NCBI GenBank assembly: GCA_035549175.1
Contig: DASZRL010000014.1
Span: forward strand, 1,122 to 65,121
Source: Chitinophagaceae bacterium
Lineage (GTDB): Bacteria; Bacteroidota; Bacteroidia; Chitinophagales; Chitinophagaceae
Direction: 5' to 3'
Length of the DNA stretch: 64,000 nt
Shown: piece after piece, positions 45,872 through 54,858 of the stretch
Numbering within the stretch: position 1 is the stretch's first letter
How the letters are laid out: each line of letters starts with the position of its first letter
Notes under the pieces: model-generated
Told to the model about the DNA's origin: nothing
Databases searched by the model: none
The model's input: the letters and a program-made list of their open reading frames with translations, nothing else
Translations under genes and position numbers: made by a program

Positions 45872-46270
45872 TCAGGCTCCCCCAAGGTAGGCCGGGTCGA
45901 ACCACACCGGGCGGGGATCGTTCCAGTCCCCGTTGTAGTTGAGGAACAGTTCCTCGCCCGCCTGCACCGCGCGTACGGTCCGCACCGAGATCGTTTGCTG
46001 GTCAAAATCCATCTGGTATTCGCAGTTGGCCTGGTAGGCGTGATTATAGAGGGACACATAGCCCAGGGCCACGCAACACTGGCCGCGGTCCTCCCCCCAC
46101 TCAAAGATATAATCGTGCAGCAGGGTCTGGTCCAGCAACTGCCGCTCCTCGCCGGACAGCACCAGAACGGGGGAAACCTCCAGCAGGGTTCCGGACGGCA
46201 GGTCCCCCGAGGTAAACACACCGCGGCCCATGGTATCCGTATGGGCGATATAGAGCAGGGGCAGGATCAT
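45872..46270 (-). CDS. SET-domain protein (putative lysine methyltransferase)
   Basis: 132 aa with GRGVFT, LYNHAYQANC (NH motif) and GEELFLNYN (ELxxxY motif). Confidence 0.8.
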   Translation of the reverse strand: MILPLLYIAHTDTMGRGVFTSGDLPSGTLLEVSPVLVLSGEERQLLDQTLLHDYIFEWGEDRGQCCVALGYVSLYNHAYQANCEYQMDFDQQTISVRTVRAVQAGEELFLNYNGDWNDPRPVWFDPAYLGGA

Positions 46271-46338
46271 GGCGTAAATGTAGGGAGCCGAGGCCGTATA
46301 AATTCCTTGCCTTAACGGTTCCTTCGTATTTTTGGCGC

Positions 46339-47745
46339 ATGTCTTTTGAACTGGAACAGCCCAGCCTGCATGAACGGTTCGCCTCCATCATCCAGGAGGA
46401 GGACAAACTGGCGATCCGGGATTTTCTGAATGAACAGAATATCACCGATGTGGCCGACCTTGTTTATGAGTTTCCCGACTACGAGAGCCAGATCGTGGCC
46501 AACATGTCCGTGCACCGGGCGGCCAGTGTGTTCAAAATCCTGGATTTCCCCACCCAGCAGCGCATCATCAATACCCTGCCCCCCGGCACGACGGCGGGCC
46601 TGCTCAATGAACTGCCGGCTGACGACCGGACCGCCTTCCTGGAAGGGCTCCCCAGCAGCGTGGTCCGCGAGCTGATCAAACTGCTGGATGTGGAAGAGCG
46701 CAAAATCACGCTCTCCCTGCTGGGATACCCGGAAAACAGCGTCGGCAGGCTGATGACGCCGGACTATGTGTACGTGTATGAACACAATACCGTCGCCGAG
46801 GTGCTGGAGACCATCCGCCTGGTAGGCAAGGACAGCGAGACCATCGACGTCATCTACGTCATCAACGAAAAGGGGGAATTGCTCGACGACATACGGATCC
46901 GGGAGTTCATCCTGGCCTCCCCGCAGAAGAAGGTCGACGAGCTCATGGACCACCGGTTTATCGCCCTCAACGCCTACGATGACCAGGAGATGGCCAGCGA
47001 AGCCTTCAAGATGAATAACCGCGTGGCCCTGCCGGTGGTCAGCAACAGCAACAAGCTGCTGGGCATCGTAACCATTGACGATATCCTCTGGGTGGCCAGC
47101 GAAGAGTTCAGCGAGGACATCCAGAAGATCGGGGGTACCCAGGCCCTGGACCAACCCTACCTGGAAATCCCCTTTTTCAAACTGATCAAAAAACGGGTGG
47201 GCTGGCTGATCATCCTGTTCCTCAGTGAAATGCTCACCGCCACGGCCATGGCCTACTTCTCCGACGAAATCGCCAAGGCGGTGGTCCTGTCGATCTTTGT
47301 ACCCCTGATCATGAGCAGTGGGGGGAACAGCGGTTCCCAGGCATCCACCCTCATCATCCAGGCCCTGGCCATGGGCGAGGTGACGCTCAGCGACTGGTGG
47401 CGCGTCATCCGCCGCGAGGTATTTTCGGGCATTGTGCTGGGCAGCATCCTGGGGCTCATCGGCTTTTTCCGCATATTCCTCTGGCATATGCTGATGCGCC
47501 ACGGCGTCATTTCGGACCTATACGGCCCCCATTGGTTCCTGATCGCGCTGACTGTCGGCTTCTCCCTGATCGGGGTGGTGCTGTGGGGTACCCTCTCGGG
47601 CTCGATGCTGCCCCTGGTCCTGAAGCGTGCCGGCGCCGACCCGGCCGTCAGCTCTGCCCCCTTCGTCGCCACCCTGGTGGACGTGACGGGCCTGGTCATT
47701 TATTTCTCGGTCGCCTTCCTCATCCTCAAGGGGATCCTGCTCTGA
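46339..47745 (+). CDS. mgtE: Magnesium transporter MgtE
   Basis: 468 aa with an N-domain, tandem CBS domains and a C-terminal 5-TM MgtE domain (PLIMSSGGNSGSQ, FVATLVDVTGL). Confidence 0.93.
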   Translation: MSFELEQPSLHERFASIIQEEDKLAIRDFLNEQNITDVADLVYEFPDYESQIVANMSVHRAASVFKILDFPTQQRIINTLPPGTTAGLLNELPADDRTAFLEGLPSSVVRELIKLLDVEERKITLSLLGYPENSVGRLMTPDYVYVYEHNTVAEVLETIRLVGKDSETIDVIYVINEKGELLDDIRIREFILASPQKKVDELMDHRFIALNAYDDQEMASEAFKMNNRVALPVVSNSNKLLGIVTIDDILWVASEEFSEDIQKIGGTQALDQPYLEIPFFKLIKKRVGWLIILFLSEMLTATAMAYFSDEIAKAVVLSIFVPLIMSSGGNSGSQASTLIIQALAMGEVTLSDWWRVIRREVFSGIVLGSILGLIGFFRIFLWHMLMRHGVISDLYGPHWFLIALTVGFSLIGVVLWGTLSGSMLPLVLKRAGADPAVSSAPFVATLVDVTGLVIYFSVAFLILKGILL

Positions 47746-47824
47746 GTCACCGATACGGCCGGTGGTGGCAAATTGTCGGTAAATGGGTTGTATACATGGG
47801 TAATTTTTAAGACTTTCGCACCAA

Positions 47825-47836
47825 GCAAACGTTTGC
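47825..47836. promoter_or_regulatory. Perfect 12-bp palindrome GCAAACGTTTGC (LacI/PurR-type operator shape) 15 nt upstream of glmS
   Basis: Seen directly. The flanks extend it to AAGCAAACGTTTGCGT with one imperfect pair. It is centred on CG, as LacI-family operators are. Confidence 0.35.
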
Positions 47837-47851
47837 GTAAATCGATCCTAT

Positions 47852-49687
47852 ATGTGTGGCATTGTCGGTTATACCGGACCCCGGGAAGCGTACCCGATCC
47901 TCATTAAGGGCCTCAAAAGGCTGGAATACCGCGGATATGACAGCACGGGCGTCGCCCTGCTGAACAGCGGATTGCATGTATACAAAAAGAAGGGCAAGGT
48001 GGCCGAGCTGGAAGACAGCCTGGTAGGCCAGCAGCTCCACGGGCATGCCGGCATCGGCCATACCCGCTGGGCCACGCACGGGGAACCCAGTGACCGCAAC
48101 GCCCACCCCCACAGCTCGGCCAGCGGCCGGCTCGCTATGATCCACAACGGGATTATCGAAAACTATGCCCAGCTCAAGCAGGACCTGGTTAAAAAGGGCT
48201 ACCGGTTCTCCAGCGATACGGATACCGAGGTGCTGCTCAACTTCATCGAGGACATCCAGGTGAACAACCAGTGCGGCCTGGAGGAAGCCGTCCGCATCGC
48301 CCTGAAGCGGGTGGTCGGCGCCTACGTGATCCTGCTGCTGGATGCCTCCAGTCCCGGAACCATCATCGCGGCACGCAAGGGAAGTCCCCTGGTCATCGGC
48401 ATTGGCAAGGGAGAACACTTCCTGGGATCGGACGCCTCCCCGATGCTGGAGTACACCAAGGAGGTCGTCTACGTCAATGATTATGAGCTGGCGATCGTCA
48501 AGCCTGACGAACTGGTACTCAAGAACCTGGGCAATGAAAAGATCACCCCGTATGTCCAGAAGCTGGATATTGAGCTGGCCGCCATCGAGAAAGGCGGGTA
48601 CGAACACTTCATGCTCAAGGAAATCTTCGAGCAGCCCCAGACCATTTATGACTGCCTGCGGGGCCGCCTGGATGCCGTGGCGGGCACCATCACCCTGAGC
48701 GGCATCCAGCAGCATGCCGAGCAGATCCGCAAAGCCAACCGCATCGTCATGATCGCCTGCGGCACCAGCTGGCATGCCGGCCTGGTGGCCGAATACATAT
48801 TTGAGGAACTCTGCCGCATCAATGTCGAAGTGGAATATGCCTCGGAGTTCCGCTACCGCAACCCGGTCATCCAGCCCGGCGATGTCATCATCGCGATCTC
48901 CCAGAGCGGGGAGACGGCCGATACCCTGGTGGCCATTGAAACCGCCAAAGCCAGGGGCGCCCTGATCCTGGGCGTCGTAAACGTGGTCGGATCCTCCATC
49001 GCCCGGGCCAGCCACGGCGGTGCGTACACGCATGCCGGCCCTGAGATCGGGGTGGCTTCCACCAAGGCCTTCACCGCCCAGCTGGCGGTGCTGACCCTGA
49101 TCGCCCTGAAAATCGCCCATGACAAAGGCACGATCGATACGGACCGGTATCACCACCTGATCTCCGAACTCCACGCCATACCCGAAAAGGTGGCCCGGAT
49201 CCTGGAATCCACCAGGCAGATCCAGGACATCGCCGAAAAATACAAGGATGCGCGGGACTTTCTCTACCTGGGCCGGGGATATAATTTCCCCGTAGCCCTG
49301 GAAGGCGCGCTCAAGCTCAAGGAAATCTCCTACATCCATGCCGAGGGTTACCCGGCCGCCGAAATGAAACACGGCCCCATCGCCCTGGTGGACGATACCC
49401 TGCCGGTCGTATTCGTGGCCACCCGGGATTCCTACCATGAGAAAGTGATGAGCAACATGCAGGAGATCCGGGCGCGCAAGGGCAAGGTCCTCGCCGTGGT
49501 TTCCGAAGGCGACGAATCCACCCGCAGCCTCTGCGACGACGTCATGGTCGTCCCCGAAGCCGATGAAATCGTGGCCCCGATGCTCAGTGTGGTGCCCCTG
49601 CAGCTGCTGGCCTATTATATCGGCGTGGCCAAACACCTGGATGTAGACAAGCCCCGCAACCTGGCCAAGAGCGTGACGGTGGAGTGA
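47852..49687 (+). CDS. glmS: Glutamine--fructose-6-phosphate aminotransferase
   Basis: 611 aa with N-terminal MCGIVGY (Ntn Cys), two SIS domains and C-terminal KSVTVE. Confidence 0.97.
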   Translation: MCGIVGYTGPREAYPILIKGLKRLEYRGYDSTGVALLNSGLHVYKKKGKVAELEDSLVGQQLHGHAGIGHTRWATHGEPSDRNAHPHSSASGRLAMIHNGIIENYAQLKQDLVKKGYRFSSDTDTEVLLNFIEDIQVNNQCGLEEAVRIALKRVVGAYVILLLDASSPGTIIAARKGSPLVIGIGKGEHFLGSDASPMLEYTKEVVYVNDYELAIVKPDELVLKNLGNEKITPYVQKLDIELAAIEKGGYEHFMLKEIFEQPQTIYDCLRGRLDAVAGTITLSGIQQHAEQIRKANRIVMIACGTSWHAGLVAEYIFEELCRINVEVEYASEFRYRNPVIQPGDVIIAISQSGETADTLVAIETAKARGALILGVVNVVGSSIARASHGGAYTHAGPEIGVASTKAFTAQLAVLTLIALKIAHDKGTIDTDRYHHLISELHAIPEKVARILESTRQIQDIAEKYKDARDFLYLGRGYNFPVALEGALKLKEISYIHAEGYPAAEMKHGPIALVDDTLPVVFVATRDSYHEKVMSNMQEIRARKGKVLAVVSEGDESTRSLCDDVMVVPEADEIVAPMLSVVPLQLLAYYIGVAKHLDVDKPRNLAKSVTVE

Positions 49688-49724
49688 GGCAACCGATGCG
49701 AACCCAACCTACAAACGTTTATCC

Positions 49725-51932
49725 ATGAATGAGATTCAGAAAAGCCCTGTCGGTTCCCTGGGGTATGGTTTTGTGGCCGCCGGGTACCTGCCGGCCGGCC
49801 GCGACGAATATTACCTGCGCGACCTGCAGAACCGCAGCGGCATCCGGTACCGGCAGCTGACCGCCCACGAGATCGAGACCCTGGTGCGTAACCGCAATAC
49901 CTCTGATGACTGGAACAAGGTGCTGGTATCCGACGCCTTCAATCCCGAACTGGTCCGCAACTGCCGGTTCTTCGGGCTGGTACGGATCGGCAAGCTGGAG
50001 CCCTGGTACCTGGAGTTCAACAACCTGCGCATACAGGTAGGCCTCTACGACAGCACCATCATCAGCTGCGATTTCGGGGACAACGTCGTGGTGAGCAATG
50101 TCAACTACATGAGCCACTACATAACCGGCAACGAGGTCATGATCATCAATGTGAACGAACTGGCCACCACCGACCATGCCAAGTTCGGCAACGGGATCCT
50201 CAAGGAAGGCGAGCGGGAGTCCGTACGGATCTGGCTGGAGGTCTGCAATGAAAACGGCGGCCGCCGCGTGATCCCGTTCAACGGGATGCTGCCCGGGGAC
50301 GCCTACCTGTGGACCCGGCACCGCGATGACGACCTGCTCATGGACCGGTTCAAGGAATTTACGGAAAAAAAATTTGACCGGCAGCGCGGGTACTATGGCA
50401 AGATCGGCGACCGGACGATCATCAAGAACACCCGCATCATCAAGGACGTCTGGATCGGCAGCGACGCCTACATCAAGGGGGCCAACAAGCTCAAGAACCT
50501 GACGATCAATTCCTCCCCGGAGGCCAAATCCCAGATCGGCGAGGGCTGCGAGCTGGTCAACGGCATCATCGGCTTCGGCTGCAAGGCCTTTTACGGCGTC
50601 AAAGCCGTCCGGTTCGTGCTGGCTTCCCACTCCCAGCTCAAATACGGCGCCCGCCTGATCAATTCCTACCTGGGTAACAACGCCACCATTTCCTGCTGCG
50701 AGGTGCTGAACTCCCTGATCTTCCCGGCGCACGAGCAGCACCATAACAACTCCTTTCTCTGTGCCGCCCTGATCATGGGCCAGAGCAACATGGCGGCCGG
50801 CGCCACGATCGGATCCAACCACAACAGCCGGGGAGCTGACGGGGAACTGGTGGCCGGCCGCGGTTTCTGGCCGGGCCTCTGCGTCAGCCTGAAGCATAAT
50901 TCCCGCTTCGCCACGTTTTGCCTGATCGCCAAGGGGGACTTCCCGGCGGAGCTCAACATCCCCCTGCCCTTTTCCCTGGTCAGTAACGACGTACACCGCA
51001 ACAGGCTGGTGGTCATGCCCGCTTACTGGTTCCTCTATAACATGTATGCCCTGGCGCGCAACGCCCACAAGTACGTGGAGCGCGACCATCGCACCGAACG
51101 CACCCAGCACCTGGAATTCGATTTCCTGGCTCCGGACAGCGTCAATGAAATCTTCGAGGCGCTGACCCTCCTGGAACGATTTACGGGACGTGCTGCCGCA
51201 GCGCGCAGCGGCAGACAGCTTACCGGCAACCAGCAGGAAAAACTGGGACGCAAGTGGCTGGAGGCGCGGACCCCCGAACTGGAAGAGCTGGATATCCTGG
51301 CTGAGGGCTTTGAAAACCTGGACCGGCCCACGGAACTGGTCAAAGTGCCCCAGGCCTACCAGATCTTCCGCGAGCTGGTCGTCTACTATGGCATCACCCA
51401 ACTGCTGGCCTTCATCAGGCAGCACCACCTGCGCAGCTGGGAAAAACTCTGGGAAGCCCTGCCCGGCCGCGCCCGCCGCGGCAAATGGACCAATGTGGGC
51501 GGTCAGCTGATCCCGGAGACAGCCCTCCAGACCCTGATCCGCCAGATCCACACCGGCAAGGTGAAAAGCTGGGATGAGGTGCACGATTTTTACCGTAAAT
51601 GCGGAGAGGTCTACGGCGAACAGAAATGGCAGCATGCCTTCGCCTCCCTGCTGGAAATCAGCGGGACCGGGTTCCGCGACTTCGACAAGAAGCTCCTGCG
51701 TCAGCTGCTTCAGCAGGCCCTGGACACCAAGGAATGGATGGTCAAAAGGATCTACGAATCCCGGGCCAAGGATTACCACAATGCCTTCCGTAGCATGGTT
51801 TACGCATCCCGGGAAGAAATGGAGCGGGTCGTGGGAAAAATGGAAGACAACAGTTTTATCCACCAGCAGGTGGAGGAGCTAAGATTGTTTCGCCGGGAGG
51901 TCCGCGCGGTGATCCGGAACCTGAAGCTGTGA
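49725..51932 (+). CDS. DUF4954-family protein with left-handed beta-helix (hexapeptide-like) core
   Basis: 735 aa, starting 37 nt after glmS. Imperfect hexapeptide-type repeats run through residues about 95-400, for example IGDRTIIKNTRIIKDVWIGSDAYIKGANKLKNLTI and IGEGCELVNGIIGFGC. Confidence 0.75.
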   Translation: MNEIQKSPVGSLGYGFVAAGYLPAGRDEYYLRDLQNRSGIRYRQLTAHEIETLVRNRNTSDDWNKVLVSDAFNPELVRNCRFFGLVRIGKLEPWYLEFNNLRIQVGLYDSTIISCDFGDNVVVSNVNYMSHYITGNEVMIINVNELATTDHAKFGNGILKEGERESVRIWLEVCNENGGRRVIPFNGMLPGDAYLWTRHRDDDLLMDRFKEFTEKKFDRQRGYYGKIGDRTIIKNTRIIKDVWIGSDAYIKGANKLKNLTINSSPEAKSQIGEGCELVNGIIGFGCKAFYGVKAVRFVLASHSQLKYGARLINSYLGNNATISCCEVLNSLIFPAHEQHHNNSFLCAALIMGQSNMAAGATIGSNHNSRGADGELVAGRGFWPGLCVSLKHNSRFATFCLIAKGDFPAELNIPLPFSLVSNDVHRNRLVVMPAYWFLYNMYALARNAHKYVERDHRTERTQHLEFDFLAPDSVNEIFEALTLLERFTGRAAAARSGRQLTGNQQEKLGRKWLEARTPELEELDILAEGFENLDRPTELVKVPQAYQIFRELVVYYGITQLLAFIRQHHLRSWEKLWEALPGRARRGKWTNVGGQLIPETALQTLIRQIHTGKVKSWDEVHDFYRKCGEVYGEQKWQHAFASLLEISGTGFRDFDKKLLRQLLQQALDTKEWMVKRIYESRAKDYHNAFRSMVYASREEMERVVGKMEDNSFIHQQVEELRLFRREVRAVIRNLKL

Positions 51933-52303
51933 ACGGCCGGGTCAGGCAGATGCGGGGGGCTTCAGACTGCCGGGCGTCGCTTACACGGACAACCGGCCGG
52001 CGGGTCATACCTCCGATCCTCGGTGGTTACGTACTGCGGTGGGCCTTCCAACGGGTGAGCTCTCTTAAATTAGCCTCTCTAAAGTGTATTATCCCCCAGA
52101 CGCCCCCTTTCCCAGGGAGGGGTGGCTGTTCGCCCGATGTTCCTGCGCGGAGCGGCGGGGCCGCTGATGCACGGATAATCTGCTGACCAGCTTAAGAAAG
52201 CAAGTTCCCGTTTCGTGCGGGCAGGTAAATGGCCAGGGCAGCCGGCCGCCGGCTCCCGCGCCATTGCACCCGGCCGGGCCGTCCACGCAGGTATCCCAGC
52301 CTG

Positions 52304-53620
52304 TCACTTTTTACGGAAATACAGGCGCACCGGGACGCCCGAAAAATGAAACTGTTCCCGGAGTTTATTTTCCAGGTAGTTCTTGTAGGGCTGTTTGATA
52401 TCGTCAGGGTAGTTGCAGAAAAACACGAATGAGGGTACCGGGGTGGGTAGTTGCGTGACGTATTTGATTTTCACCGGGTTGCCGCGCACCACCGGTGGAT
52501 GATAACTTTCCACGGCCTTCAGCATGACCTCGTTGAGCTGGGAGGTCGGGATTTTGCGCTGCTTGCTCGCATACACTTCCAGGGCCATTTCCACCGCCTT
52601 GAAAATGCGGGTCTTCTCCTTGGCCGAGATGAACAGAATGGGCACGTCGCTGAACGGCGCCAGGCGGGTACGGAGTTCCTTTTCGTATTCCCGGGCGGTA
52701 TTGGTCTGCTTGGCCACGAGGTCCCACTTATTCACCAGAACCACGATACCCTTGCCCTTGCGGGCTGCCAGGCTGAAGATGTTCAGGTCCTGGGCTGTGA
52801 TGCCTTTGCCGGCATCCAGCACGAGCAGGCAGACATCCGCCTCGTCCAGGGCCTTAATGGCCCGGATCACGGAATAGAACTCCAGGTCTTCATGGACCTT
52901 GGCCTTACGGCGGATCCCCGCAGTATCGATGAGGATAAACTCTTTCTGGTACAGCCTGTAATGGGTGTGGATGGTGTCACGGGTGGTGCCGGCAATCTCG
53001 CTGACAATCGTACGCTCCTCCCCCACCAGGGCATTGAGCAGGGAGGACTTGCCCACGTTGGGCTGCCCGATGATGGCAAATTTGGGCAGGCCGGCCATCT
53101 CGCGGTTTTCCGCGGAAGCGTCTTCTCCGATAAGGGCCGTCAGGGCATCCAGCAGTTCCCCGGTGCCGCTGCCGCTGGCCGCGGCTATGAAAAAAATATG
53201 GTCAAATCCCAGGCTGTAAAATTCATTGGCCTCCAGCAGGCGTTCATTATTATCTACCTTGTTCACCACCAGGAATACGGGTTTGGTGGAGCGGCGCAGG
53301 ATACCGGCCATCGTATCGTCCAGGTCGGTGATGCCCGTGGCGGCGTCCACCATGAAAAGGACGGCATTGGCTTCCTCCACGGCAATATGAACCTGCTTGC
53401 GGATCTCCCGTTCAAAGATATCCTCGCTGTCCGGCACGAATCCGCCGGTATCGATCACGTTGAACAGCTTCCCGTTCCATTCGCACACGCCGTACTGCCG
53501 GTCCCGCGTCACGCCGCTGACGTCATCCACGATTGCCTTGCGCTGCTCCAGCAGCCGGTTGAAAAAGGTGCTCTTCCCCACATTGGGTCTTCCCACGATT
53601 GCCACAGTGAATCCTGCCAT
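52304..53620 (-). CDS. der: Ribosome-biogenesis GTPase Der (EngA), two GTPase domains plus a KH-like domain
   Basis: 438 aa with GRPNVGKST and a second GQPNVGKSS G1 motif, DTAG and NKWD. Confidence 0.95.
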   Translation of the reverse strand: MAGFTVAIVGRPNVGKSTFFNRLLEQRKAIVDDVSGVTRDRQYGVCEWNGKLFNVIDTGGFVPDSEDIFEREIRKQVHIAVEEANAVLFMVDAATGITDLDDTMAGILRRSTKPVFLVVNKVDNNERLLEANEFYSLGFDHIFFIAAASGSGTGELLDALTALIGEDASAENREMAGLPKFAIIGQPNVGKSSLLNALVGEERTIVSEIAGTTRDTIHTHYRLYQKEFILIDTAGIRRKAKVHEDLEFYSVIRAIKALDEADVCLLVLDAGKGITAQDLNIFSLAARKGKGIVVLVNKWDLVAKQTNTAREYEKELRTRLAPFSDVPILFISAKEKTRIFKAVEMALEVYASKQRKIPTSQLNEVMLKAVESYHPPVVRGNPVKIKYVTQLPTPVPSFVFFCNYPDDIKQPYKNYLENKLREQFHFSGVPVRLYFRKK

Positions 53621-53672
53621 AGTATACGATTATTTTGCGCGATTGATTGACACGGACCGGCCTGACGCTCCG

Positions 53673-54542
53673 TTAATATCCATATTCCTTCAGGTACAGC
53701 TCGTTGTCCCGCCATTTGGGTTTGACCTTCACGAAAAGCTCCAGGAATACTTTGCGGTCCAGGAACTTTTCAATTTCCTGGCGCGCCAGGGTGCCCAGTT
53801 TCTTGATCATGGCCCCCTTCTCCCCGATCAGGATTCCCTTCTGGGTTTCCCGGTTGACCACGATGTCCGCCTGGATCTTCACCAGGCTATGTTTTTCCCG
53901 GAATTCCCGTACCAGTACGGTTGTATGGTAAGGGATCTCCTCCTGGAATAATTCATAGATCTTTTCCCGGATCAGCTCCGCCACAAAAAAACGGGTTGGC
54001 AGGTCCGTGATATCCTCCTCGCCGTAGAAGGGCTCCCCTTCCGGCAACTGGCGCACGATCTCCTCCAGCAGCTCCTTGAGTCCCGTTCCCGCGGTGGCCG
54101 ACACGCACCGCACGGACCTGCCGTAGGGCTGCGCGGAGAAAAAAGCCACGGCGTCCCGGCAGATCGCTTCCTCCACCGCATCGGCCTTGTTGCATACCAC
54201 GATGGCAGGCACGCGCAGGTGCAGGGAAGCGAACAGGTCCCCTGCCCCCACCAGGTCCGCATCGGTCAGGTCATAGACCAGCAGGGCCAGATCCGCATCC
54301 TCCAGGGCGCCTTTCACGGCCTGCATCATTTTTTCATGCAGTTTATACCGCGGGTCAATGATCCCCGGGGTGTCGGAGAAGACCACCTGGTATTCCGGGG
54401 CGGTCAGAAACCCCTTGATGCGGTGTCGGGTTGTCTGCACTTTGGGGGAGACAATGGCCAGCTTTTCGCCCAGCAGGGCGTTGAGCAGGGTACTTTTCCC
54501 CGCATTGGGCTTCCCGAACAAATTGACAAAACCAGCTTTCAT
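53673..54542 (-). CDS. era: GTPase Era
   Basis: 289 aa with GKPNAGKST, DTPG, NKAD and a C-terminal KH domain (VVNRETQKGILIGEKGAMIK). Confidence 0.95.
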   Translation of the reverse strand: MKAGFVNLFGKPNAGKSTLLNALLGEKLAIVSPKVQTTRHRIKGFLTAPEYQVVFSDTPGIIDPRYKLHEKMMQAVKGALEDADLALLVYDLTDADLVGAGDLFASLHLRVPAIVVCNKADAVEEAICRDAVAFFSAQPYGRSVRCVSATAGTGLKELLEEIVRQLPEGEPFYGEEDITDLPTRFFVAELIREKIYELFQEEIPYHTTVLVREFREKHSLVKIQADIVVNRETQKGILIGEKGAMIKKLGTLARQEIEKFLDRKVFLELFVKVKPKWRDNELYLKEYGY

Positions 54543-54642
54543 GAATTACTGAATGGGTTGCAGCCTTCTACCGGGCTGCCGGGGCAGCGTGCAGGAGTTG
54601 AGAGGTGATCAATCCTTGCCAGTTGAAGGGCAACTGTACAGG

Positions 54643-54670
54643 AAAAACAAAAGCCAAACCGGGGTTTGGC
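54643..54670 (-). terminator. Intrinsic terminator after the initiator tRNA
   Basis: The minus strand reads GCCAAAC-CCCG-GUUUGGC followed by UUUUGUUUUU. Confidence 0.7.
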
Positions 54671-54675
54671 CTTTT

Positions 54676-54750
<75 letters not shown>

Positions 54751-54760
54751 ATGTGAGGCG

Positions 54761-54796
54761 CAAAGATACGGATACATTCCTTTCCCACCAAACAAA
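54761..54796 (-). promoter_or_regulatory. Candidate Bacteroidota promoter of the initiator tRNA
   Basis: The minus strand carries TTTGTTTG (-33 element), a 20-nt spacer and TATCTTTG (54768-54761). The -7 box ends 10 nt before the mature tRNA 5' end. Confidence 0.5.
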
Positions 54797-54805
54797 TAGC
54801 CAAAC

Positions 54806-54832
54806 AAAAAAACCGCCCCGGTTCGGAGCGGC
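54806..54832 (-). terminator. Intrinsic terminator after the first DUF2807 paralog
   Basis: The minus strand reads CCGCUCCG-AAC-CGGGGCGG (8 bp including one G-U) followed by U7. Confidence 0.55.
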
Positions 54833-54858
54833 TGGTTCCGGTGAAGGCAGGGCGGCAA

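Noticed and set aside
46271-46338. Mg2+ (M-box) riboswitch upstream of mgtE
   Set aside because: The intergenic region is only 68 nt, far shorter than an M-box aptamer of about 160 nt, and no conserved motif is seen.
47746-51932. glmS ribozyme upstream of glmS
   Set aside because: The spacer before glmS is only about 106 nt and shows none of the conserved glmS ribozyme core. That element is characteristic of Firmicutes and relatives. Only the palindrome reported above stands out.
51933-52303. RNase P RNA, tmRNA or SRP RNA in the convergent spacer. GCTGACCAG at about 52181 resembles the 5' end of E. coli M1 RNA, and GGGGGGCTTCAGA at about 51954 vaguely resembles a tmRNA 5' end.
   Set aside because: There is no GGAAAGTCCGG-type P4 element. 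There is no tRNA-like TpsiC arm (GGTTCGAATCC) and no ...ALAA tag reading frame. An RNase P RNA starting at 52181 would have to run about 350 nt into the der coding region. The region is kept only as an unexplained structured spacer.
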